From the IMG/VR virus record IMGVR_UViG_3300041405_000148, positions 89,310 through 153,309 of that record: 64,000 nucleotides of DNA; one strand, given 5' to 3'. Position numbers and translations under genes: made by a program. The notes below the pieces were generated by a model that did no database searches, was not told the origin of the DNA, and was given only the letters and a program-made list of their open reading frames with translations. This DNA comes from a virus (Duplodnaviria > Heunggongvirae > Uroviricota > Caudoviricetes). Within the stretch, counting starts at the first letter, position 1; every line of letters begins with the position of its first letter. Positions 56,481 through 64,000 of this stretch are shown here, piece by piece.

Positions 56481-57041
56481 TTGACGGAAGTTTATTATTC
56501 AACCCCGTACCTTTGCGGGGATATTGGCAAGGGTATCAATGACTTTATTGAACTTTTGCCCGAGGACTGTTGGGTCGTGATTCGTGATGCAGATACATTG
56601 TTTATGACATCAGACCAGCAAGCTCAAATCCAAAGAATCGTAGAGAGTAACCCACCTTACGATCTAATTGGTTGTCGCACTAATCGCTTACGATCCCCAT
56701 ATCAAGCTGTAGATGGCCTGTTTGAAGAAGATTCAATAATGGTTCATTTAGATCTTGCAAAGAGTCTTGAGAAGGAGTATGATACCGTAATTGAAGACTT
56801 ACCCGCACCAAATGTTATTGCAGGGATGTTTATGTTATTCAGGAAAAGTTTATGGAAAGAACACCCCTTCCCAGAAAGAACAATCCAGTTTGATATGGTT
56901 TACAGTAATCAAATCCGTGAGGCTGGAAAATCCTTAGGTATTGCTCAAGGCATCTACCTATTACACTTATACCGGTATGGTGCCAATGACCCGTTCAAGG
57001 CCATAGAGCACTTGATACACTGTCATGAATTCAACGTATAA
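56481..57041 (+). CDS. putative glycosyltransferase-like protein (GT-A-like, DxD motif)
   Basis: TTG start after an AGGAGG ribosome-binding site. VVIRDADTLF is a candidate DxD motif. Weak assignment. Confidence 0.3.
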   Translation: MTEVYYSTPYLCGDIGKGINDFIELLPEDCWVVIRDADTLFMTSDQQAQIQRIVESNPPYDLIGCRTNRLRSPYQAVDGLFEEDSIMVHLDLAKSLEKEYDTVIEDLPAPNVIAGMFMLFRKSLWKEHPFPERTIQFDMVYSNQIREAGKSLGIAQGIYLLHLYRYGANDPFKAIEHLIHCHEFNV

Positions 57042-57052
57042 AGAGGTTTATT

Positions 57053-57361
57053 ATGCAAATTATTGAAAATCCAGTTATTACATCTGATGGATATCTTCAT
57101 CCAGAATATCCTGACTTTGAAGGAAGAGAGTGGATCACTTTTGATGAATGGAAGGAATGGTTAGATCAAGAAAATCTTGAAGATTCTACTCACCTTTTAG
57201 AGTATGAAGATACGCCTTTCAGCGAGGCTTACTTTGAAGGTCAAGCTGTAGAACTGTCAGAGTGGGATATTAATAAGCCAGAAGGGGATGGTTGGTTTCT
57301 TGGTGCGATGTTCGACACTGAAGATGGCCCGTATTGTGTTTGGCTAAGAAATAAGGAGTGA
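57053..57361 (+). CDS. hypothetical protein (102 aa)
   Basis: ORF. Confidence 0.45.
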   Translation: MQIIENPVITSDGYLHPEYPDFEGREWITFDEWKEWLDQENLEDSTHLLEYEDTPFSEAYFEGQAVELSEWDINKPEGDGWFLGAMFDTEDGPYCVWLRNKE

Positions 57362-57542
57362 AAAATGGAACGAGTATACTTAGATAAAGAAGAGTTTCAA
57401 AACTTAGTTAATAACTCTTGTGAAGATGTAACTTTCAACCAAATTACTGAAGTGATTGACAGAGATCCTGAGTTAGAAGGATTGCGAACATTTGAGTTTA
57501 CTGGCATCCAGTATATTGAGAAAAGAGTCTACGAGGAATAAT

Positions 57543-58217
57543 ATGAAGACAGGTATTGGCATTATTTCAACTGGCGACAGAGCAATAAGCTCTAATATAA
57601 CACAACAGTTAGAGCTTAACTGCTTAGTTAGCATTTATGTGGACAAAGATAGAAAAGGCCCAGGGTATGGCCGGAATCAAGTAATCAAATCGCTATATGA
57701 TTCAGGTTGTGAACATTTTTTCCTCTTTGATGATGATGTATATCCTTTAAGGAAGAATTGGGATACCCACATAATTAACTTAGCTCAAGAAAACAATTTA
57801 GACTTTATTGGTTTCCCTCATGTTTGGGACAGCAAGGCAATAGAACTTGACAGGGGGATGCCTGTTTTTCCGGGTGTAACTGTCCAGTTTGCTTACCTGT
57901 CACGTAAATGTGTAGAAACAGTGGGTTATTTTGACTTGCGCTATGGTAAATATGGCCCAGAAGATATCACATATGCTTATCGCGCTCATTTAGCAGGTCT
58001 TTGTGGAAAAGGTTCTGCTTGGACAACCCCACTTGAGGTAATAAGTGGTATTTATGTGGAAGACATGTACTCTGGCTTTGAGAAAACAGTGGTTGAATCT
58101 GAAGTCAAGAAAGCTGGGATGGAAGCTGGTAAAAAGTATTTAGATGAACTTGTAGCTAACAGTGGCCCAATTTATTTGTCATATGAACAGGAGGTTAATA
58201 ATGTCAACACCGCTTGA
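57543..58217 (+). CDS. family-2-like glycosyltransferase (GT-A fold)
   Basis: GIGIIS...YGRNQ...FLFDDDVYP (DxD)...GPEDI. The ATG at 57543 follows AGGAAT. Confidence 0.5.
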   Translation: MKTGIGIISTGDRAISSNITQQLELNCLVSIYVDKDRKGPGYGRNQVIKSLYDSGCEHFFLFDDDVYPLRKNWDTHIINLAQENNLDFIGFPHVWDSKAIELDRGMPVFPGVTVQFAYLSRKCVETVGYFDLRYGKYGPEDITYAYRAHLAGLCGKGSAWTTPLEVISGIYVEDMYSGFEKTVVESEVKKAGMEAGKKYLDELVANSGPIYLSYEQEVNNVNTA

Positions 58218-59160
58218 GGATTTCGAAGAACTGAGCAATAAATTGATCCTTGATGTAAGAACAACTACATCTTGTGACTATCATCGAATACTTCTGCCAT
58301 TTAGCTACTGTGATATTAAACCAAAAGTTCCTGTGTTTATGTTTAATCGTATTGCTTCATATGGATATGACTTTTTATTTGATTTGAAGAAAGATGGTGT
58401 TAAGATCGTGATGGATATTGATGACCATTATCAATTAGACCCATCACATCATCTTTACAGTGATTTTCTGCGAAATGGTATGATGCAGCAATTGATTAGT
58501 AACCTCAAAATCGCTGATGTGGTGACAGTCACTACACCCCTATTAGCAAGTAAACTGAGACACTTGAATTCAAATATCGTTGTCATTCCAAATGCTTTAC
58601 CTTTTGACCAAGAGCAATTTGTTCTTTCACCAGATACAGAAAGTAAAAGTCCAATTGTTTGGTGTGGCGGCTCTTCTCACTACAATGACCTGAAAGAAAT
58701 TCAGGGAACACCTTTAGGTGAAAAGATGACATTTGTTGGTTATAACCCTGAAAGCACAGAATGGAAGAAAATAAATGCTGACCACCCTGACGTAACGTAT
58801 GAAGGTGAAATCAAACTTCCATTTTATATGCGAGGCTACAATGGGCATAAGTTTGCCATTGCCCCTTTGACAGATTCCGTCTTTAATAGTTGCAAATCTA
58901 ACCTGAAAATCCTGGAAGCAGGTGCAAAAGGTATCCCAATTATCTGCTCCCGTGTAGAGCCTTACTTCAACAGTGTGGATAAAGAAGTTGTCCTTTATGC
59001 AGATAACAAGACAGAGTGGCACTCTCAGATGAGTAAATTGCTAACTTATAAAGACCTGTGCTCTGATCGTGGTGCTGCATTAGCTGAGCACGTCCGCCTA
59101 CACTACAGTCTGTCAGATGCCAATGAGCTTAGGCGGCAGGTGATTGAATCTTTTTCATAA
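58201..59160 (+). CDS. GT-B type glycosyltransferase (GT1/GT4-like)
   Basis: C-terminal LKILEAGAKGIPIICSRVEPY matches the EX7E-type GT-B motif. The ATG at 58201 follows a GGAGG ribosome-binding site. Confidence 0.45.
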   Translation: MSTPLEDFEELSNKLILDVRTTTSCDYHRILLPFSYCDIKPKVPVFMFNRIASYGYDFLFDLKKDGVKIVMDIDDHYQLDPSHHLYSDFLRNGMMQQLISNLKIADVVTVTTPLLASKLRHLNSNIVVIPNALPFDQEQFVLSPDTESKSPIVWCGGSSHYNDLKEIQGTPLGEKMTFVGYNPESTEWKKINADHPDVTYEGEIKLPFYMRGYNGHKFAIAPLTDSVFNSCKSNLKILEAGAKGIPIICSRVEPYFNSVDKEVVLYADNKTEWHSQMSKLLTYKDLCSDRGAALAEHVRLHYSLSDANELRRQVIESFS

Positions 59161-59174
59161 AATTAAGGAGTTGT

Positions 59175-59426
59175 ATGTTTTACACAATAGATCTCGAACT
59201 GTTTGAACCTGATTATGTGACTGTTGAGGTTGAGATCTATTTCTACCCAGCTGACTACAACACTGATGCGTCAGACTGGGATTCCTTTGATTACTGGGAA
59301 ATATCTAAATGTTCTGTATTTTCAAATGGTAAAGAAATAGATCTTGAATTGGATGACAAATTTCTGTATAGTAAGGTCAAGGAAAGGCTGCGTGAAATTG
59401 ATTTAATGGATGTTGGAGGATTTTGA
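59175..59426 (+). CDS. hypothetical protein (83 aa)
   Basis: ORF. Confidence 0.45.
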   Translation: MFYTIDLELFEPDYVTVEVEIYFYPADYNTDASDWDSFDYWEISKCSVFSNGKEIDLELDDKFLYSKVKERLREIDLMDVGGF

Positions 59427-59440
59427 TAGTTGGAGGTTGG

Positions 59441-61252
59441 ATGTCATCTAGGTTTAAAGAAACAGAAATAACAAGATATGGGATTACAATAGATTTAACA
59501 CAAGAAGGTCATGTTGGTTGCCCAAAGTGCATTAGTAAAGGTAATGACAATTCACGTAACAACTTGATGGTTTATGGGGTTGACTGCAACGGTGAGCATC
59601 TTGGAGGCAAGTGTTTTGCTTGTGGGTATACAATCCCTAGCGTTGAATGGTTACGCGAAAATGGCGACGATGTTTTTGAAGACGAAGAGGAGGAAATAGT
59701 GGGGAGTGAGTTTAACCCTGAAGTACATAGTAAACTAAAAGCTGAGAGTGGCACAAACCCAATGGGCTATCGTGGCATTCGAGAGGATATTTCAAAACCC
59801 TTTGGTGTTAGATACAAGTATGAAAGAGATAACACCAATGTAATCAAATCTACACTTTACCCTGTGACAAAGAACTATGAAATCTCTGGTTATAAACAAC
59901 GCATTCACCCAAAAGATTTTACTCAACCAATTGGTGAGACAGGTAAAGATTGTGATCTCTTTGGTCAGTTTAAATTTAAGACTTTCACCAATACACTTTT
60001 GATTGTCGGTGGTGAACACGATCAGCTGTCTGCTTATCAGATGTTGCTTGATGCACAGAAAAATAAAAGCTTTGACCCTGTTGCAGTTGTAAGTGGTACA
60101 ACAGGAGAGTCTTCTTTATTCCGTCAGCTCCAGAACAATTATGATTTCATTAACCAGTTTAAAAAGATTGTAATTTGTATGGACTCAGATGCAGCGGGCA
60201 AAGAAGCAATGGAACGTGCTTATGATGTGTTGCCTAAAGGCAAAGTGTTCGTCATGAAGATGCGTCTTAAAGATCCTAATTCTTATATTTACAATAAAGA
60301 ACGAGCTGAATTAGTTCATCGTGAAAGTGAATTTATCAGTGACTTCTGGAGTGCTAAGCCTTATACTCCAGATGGAGTTAAATCAGCTGCTGATGGATTT
60401 GAGGAAATTGATGAGGAGCTTTCCAAAGAGCGAATTACACTTCCTGGCTATATGCACAAGATGCAGGCTATGATGGGTGGGGGTATGATCCAAGGACGTA
60501 TTGCTAACGTTATTGCAGATACATCTTCTGGTAAATCAACTCATGTTAACAGGATGGTCCACCACTGGATTTTCCATAGCCCTGTGACACCAACTATCGT
60601 CAGTCTTGAGGCAACAGCTGCTCAATATATGCTGGAAATGATGTCTATTCACATGGAGATAAACCTTCTCTGGAAGATGACAAGTGAAGAGATTAAAGAG
60701 TTCATTAAAACAGAACGTGGTCAACAAATCAAAAACGAGCTGTGTTATAAAGAAAACGGCCAACCAAGATTCTTTATTTTAGATGATCGCGCTGGTAGCA
60801 TTAAAGATTTGGAAGCAGAGCTTGAAATGTTGTACCGCAAGCATGACAGCCGTTTGTTTGTCATTGACGTTCTTTCAGACCTTCTCCGTGGAAGTAGTGA
60901 GCAACATGCAGAAGACCACATGAACTTCCAACGCAACATGGCTAAGAATGGTGTGACTACAGTCAACGTCCAGCACACGCGTAAACCGCCTCAGAACGCT
61001 GATGGTAAGCCTCGTAAGGTCACAGAGTATGATACCCTTGGCACTGGTAGTTTCGTTCAGTCAGCTGCTTATAATATCGTTCTCAACCGTGATAAACTAT
61101 CAGAAGACCTTATTGAGAAGAATACCACTGAAGTTGATCTACCAAAATGTCGTGGTGGTAAAACTGGTTCAGCTGGTAAATGGTATTATGAGTTTGATAA
61201 GGCCAAGTGTCACGACTTGGATGACTATTTTTCAGGGAACCGTGCTGCCTAA
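59441..61252 (+). CDS. bifunctional DNA primase/helicase (T7 gp4-like)
   Basis: N-terminal Zn-ribbon CPKC...CFACGY. TOPRIM motifs (LIVGGEHDQ, ICMDSDAAG). Walker A DTSSGKST and Walker B FVIDVLSD. Confidence 0.8.
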   Translation: MSSRFKETEITRYGITIDLTQEGHVGCPKCISKGNDNSRNNLMVYGVDCNGEHLGGKCFACGYTIPSVEWLRENGDDVFEDEEEEIVGSEFNPEVHSKLKAESGTNPMGYRGIREDISKPFGVRYKYERDNTNVIKSTLYPVTKNYEISGYKQRIHPKDFTQPIGETGKDCDLFGQFKFKTFTNTLLIVGGEHDQLSAYQMLLDAQKNKSFDPVAVVSGTTGESSLFRQLQNNYDFINQFKKIVICMDSDAAGKEAMERAYDVLPKGKVFVMKMRLKDPNSYIYNKERAELVHRESEFISDFWSAKPYTPDGVKSAADGFEEIDEELSKERITLPGYMHKMQAMMGGGMIQGRIANVIADTSSGKSTHVNRMVHHWIFHSPVTPTIVSLEATAAQYMLEMMSIHMEINLLWKMTSEEIKEFIKTERGQQIKNELCYKENGQPRFFILDDRAGSIKDLEAELEMLYRKHDSRLFVIDVLSDLLRGSSEQHAEDHMNFQRNMAKNGVTTVNVQHTRKPPQNADGKPRKVTEYDTLGTGSFVQSAAYNIVLNRDKLSEDLIEKNTTEVDLPKCRGGKTGSAGKWYYEFDKAKCHDLDDYFSGNRAA

Positions 61253-61256
61253 TTGA

Positions 61257-61278
61257 AGGGTGCATGTCACCCTTTTTA
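61257..61278 (+). terminator. rho-independent terminator
   Basis: gggtg-catgt-caccc followed by ttttt. Confidence 0.55.
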
Positions 61279-61288
61279 AGGAGGATAA

Positions 61289-63505
61289 ATGAAGCAGATT
61301 ACTAATTGGAGAAAAGGTACTGTAGTTGACATTGAAACAGATAATCTTTTAGAGGAATTGACTAAATGTCATGTAGTCAGTTTTCAAATGGAGGGTAAAT
61401 CAGAACCATCTTCAATCAAAGGATCTGATCTCCAACGTATTAAAGATATGCTTAAGTGGCATATTGATAATAAAATCCCTATTGTCGGACATAACTTCAT
61501 TCTGTTTGATGCACCCGCTCTGGAAAAAGTTACGGGTATGGATGTTTCTGAGTTAATGGTTATTGATACTTTAGCTTTGAGTTGGTATCTTAATACATTC
61601 CGTAAACAACATGGCCTTGATAGTTTTCATGATGACTATGGAATTAAAAAGCCAGAGGTTGCTGACTGGCAAAATCTAAGTTACGAAGAGTATAAACATC
61701 GTTGTGAAGAGGATGTTAAGATCAACAAAGCACTGTGGGAAGACTTTAAAAACCGTCTTATCACCATGTACACAATGTCAAGTGATATGATCACTGCTGG
61801 GTTAGTTGGGGGTAGTCGAGTTTCTCCTGATGAAGAGATTTACATTGATTCTCTTAAGGGGATGACAGCTGACCAGCATATTGAGCGATTCCTGACTTTC
61901 CTTATGTTTAAACTTGATACGTACCGTATTCAAGAAAAAGTTGGGATCTTACTTGATAAAGAGTTTCTTGAGAAAGCAGAAGCAGACTTTGGTGAGAAGG
62001 TAGAGGTGTTGAAGCAGAAACTTGAAACAGTTATGCCGAAAATTCCAAAATATACAAAGAAAAAGAAACCTGCTAAACCGACCAAACAAAATGGAGATCT
62101 AAGTGCAGCTGGACTGGCTTGGGAAGAAGTTAAGGAAAGGTTTAATTCAGGTGAAGTTGATGAATTTGGAACACGGATGGTTTTACTTGGCAAAGATGAG
62201 CCTACTTTAATTGTCAATGGAGTTGAAAGGGCCAGACGTGTCGAAGATATTGAAGAGTTCCAAGTGTTCTCTAAATATGAAGAACCTAATGCAAACTCAC
62301 CTGATCAAATCAAGTCTTTCCTCTACTCTCATGGATGGGTGCCAGAGACATTCAAGGAAATTAAAGACAAGGAAGCCGACCAAAAATGGCAGGAGGAAAT
62401 GAAGCAATGGAGGGCAATTAAAGGACGTAAACCAAAGAAACCAGAGCGACCTGTAGCCCGTCAAGTGCCTCAGGTGACAATTCCTGGTGATGATGGTAAA
62501 GAACTTTGTCCTAGTGTGGAACGACTGGCTGAAGATGTACCAGAAATCAAAGTTTACTCAAACCTGAACTTATATAAACACAGACATGGTGTCGTAAAAG
62601 GTCTGTTGAATAATATGGATTCAGAAGGTAGAGTTAAGGCAACATTGAATGGTCTAACAAATACCTTAAGGGTTAAACATAAAAACGTAGTTAACTTAGT
62701 TGGTGTTGATAAAATCGGTGGCAAAGAAATCCGTGGCGGTTTTATCTCTGATGAAGGTATGATCCTTTTAGGAAGTGACTTATCAAGTCTTGAAGATCGA
62801 ACGAAGCACCATTTTATGCTACCGCTTGACCCAGAGTATGTTAGCACAATGATGGAAGATGACTTTGATCCGCACTTACTTATGGCTGTGACTGCTGGAT
62901 TTATCAGTATGCAAGATATGATTGACTATAAAGCAGGTAATAAAAAACCTCACGTAGCCAAAGGTCGTAAGTTAGGGAAATCTACCAACTATAGCGCTGT
63001 ATATGGGGCCGGAGCACCTAAGATTGCTCAGACAGCTGGCGTTGATGAAAGTACTGGTAAGCAGTTGCACACAGCTTATTGGGATCTGAACTGGTCGGTG
63101 ACAGCTATTGCGGATGAACAACAGGTGGTTGAATTTGACCAAGATGACCACAGGTATTCTGGTTGGCATAAACTTTGGTTAATTAACCCAATTAACGGTT
63201 TCCTCTATAGCTTACGTGCAAGAAAGGATATTTTCAGTACATTGTGCCAAGGTACAGGTTCTTATTTCTTTGATGTTTGGGTGTCTCATGTATTACGGAG
63301 ACAGAAAGAAACTTTTGGCCTACAGAAAATTCAGCTACAAATGCATGATGAGATCGCATTCTGTTTTAAAGATACGCCACGTTTAAGGGAAGTCTTCTTT
63401 AACATTGTGAAGGAAGCGATTCATGACGTTAACAAAGAGTTCAAACTAAGACGTACTTTAGATAATGATATTCAATTTGGTCACCGTTATAGCGATATTC
63501 ACTAA
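61289..63505 (+). CDS. family-A DNA polymerase with 3'-5' exonuclease domain
   Basis: Exo I VVDIETD. Motif B KSTNYSAVYGAG. Motif C HDEIAF. Total length 738 aa. Confidence 0.85.
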   Translation: MKQITNWRKGTVVDIETDNLLEELTKCHVVSFQMEGKSEPSSIKGSDLQRIKDMLKWHIDNKIPIVGHNFILFDAPALEKVTGMDVSELMVIDTLALSWYLNTFRKQHGLDSFHDDYGIKKPEVADWQNLSYEEYKHRCEEDVKINKALWEDFKNRLITMYTMSSDMITAGLVGGSRVSPDEEIYIDSLKGMTADQHIERFLTFLMFKLDTYRIQEKVGILLDKEFLEKAEADFGEKVEVLKQKLETVMPKIPKYTKKKKPAKPTKQNGDLSAAGLAWEEVKERFNSGEVDEFGTRMVLLGKDEPTLIVNGVERARRVEDIEEFQVFSKYEEPNANSPDQIKSFLYSHGWVPETFKEIKDKEADQKWQEEMKQWRAIKGRKPKKPERPVARQVPQVTIPGDDGKELCPSVERLAEDVPEIKVYSNLNLYKHRHGVVKGLLNNMDSEGRVKATLNGLTNTLRVKHKNVVNLVGVDKIGGKEIRGGFISDEGMILLGSDLSSLEDRTKHHFMLPLDPEYVSTMMEDDFDPHLLMAVTAGFISMQDMIDYKAGNKKPHVAKGRKLGKSTNYSAVYGAGAPKIAQTAGVDESTGKQLHTAYWDLNWSVTAIADEQQVVEFDQDDHRYSGWHKLWLINPINGFLYSLRARKDIFSTLCQGTGSYFFDVWVSHVLRRQKETFGLQKIQLQMHDEIAFCFKDTPRLREVFFNIVKEAIHDVNKEFKLRRTLDNDIQFGHRYSDIH

Positions 63506-63749
63506 TTTTATAAGGGAGGGGTCTTTATGTTTTTAGTCTTTTTATTTACACTTAACTTGATAACGATTGTGTTGAGTTACTGTGCTTTTGGCCTGACTTA
63601 TCTTGGCTTTTTTATTTTCATGCAATTTGTTTTTGGTTACATCATTTACCTAGAAAATAAAGCCAAAAATTAAAATAATTATTGACAGGAGGTTCAAGAT
63701 TTGCTATTATGAGCCTTCTGGAACTCAACTTAAATTAAAGAGGATACTA

Positions 63750-63929
63750 TGGAAAAGATTGAACGGTATAATGTTTCCGCCAGGGAGCTACGCGGAAATA
63801 GTGCAGAAGATTGGTCAAGAATCATTCAGAGACTTGCTAGTGTTGATGTGTGGCCTGAAGGTGAGGAAGGTATTAAATTAGCACTTCAATTAATTGGGAT
63901 TGAGAAAGAGGAAATTGAAAATGAATAAA
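63750..63929 (+). CDS. small hypothetical protein (about 59 aa)
   Basis: ATG ORF preceded by a ribosome-binding site. Confidence 0.3.
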
Positions 63930-64000
63930 CAAGTCATTGTACAGCAAAAAGGTGGAGTTGGATTCTTAGGACTTCTGACAATTGCCTTCATTGTTTTAAA

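Noticed and set aside
1-64000. Assignment to a specific phage family (T5-like or N4-like)
   Set aside because: Strong sigma70 promoters and hairpin promoters are reminiscent of T5 and N4 respectively. However, no family hallmark genes are in the window (no virion RNAP, no T5 A1/A2 or SbcCD-like genes), and I cannot run a similarity search, so I leave it unassigned.

Overview
This window looks like the early and DNA-metabolism region of a large virulent tailed phage. It is AT-rich and densely packed with small ORFs that use strong AGGAG-type ribosome-binding sites, sigma70-consensus promoters and intrinsic terminators. No virion structural genes are present.

Layout:
- 1-8300 (+): small hypothetical genes, including a NADAR-domain protein and a terminator-bracketed Cys-rich gene.
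- 8300-9850: a 1.5 kb non-coding region where transcription converges, carrying a large dyad-symmetry element and palindromic iteron-like sites.
- 9850-20740 (-): about 35 tiny early-type ORFs, each with its own TTGACT-N16/17-TATAAT promoter. Several of these promoters have the -10 hexamer in the loop of a perfect hairpin.
- 21760-22917: a second non-coding region with the same GAATGA-N3-TCATTC palindrome family, TGATATAAT extended -10 elements and A-tract direct repeats.
- 22918-25060 (-): includes an HNH endonuclease.
- 25159-63505 (+): two MazG-like proteins, a Lar-like Zn-ribbon, an HNH-AP2 homing endonuclease, a small C5-cytosine-methyltransferase-like protein, a UvrD-like helicase, and a cluster of candidate counter-defence enzymes (2H phosphoesterase, small alarmone (p)ppGpp hydrolase, macro domain, PTH2-like, YqeY). 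After these come a complete tellurite-resistance-like module (TerC, vWA, two TerD, two TelA-like, HAD, PRTase, SPFH) and an envelope module (beta-helix repeat protein, SleB-like hydrolase, lipoproteins). The block ends with three glycosyltransferases, a T7 gp4-like primase-helicase and a family-A DNA polymerase.

The most unusual features are the phage-borne ter/nucleoside-metabolite module, the cluster of counter-defence enzymes with paralogous partner proteins, and the hairpin-embedded -10 promoters.
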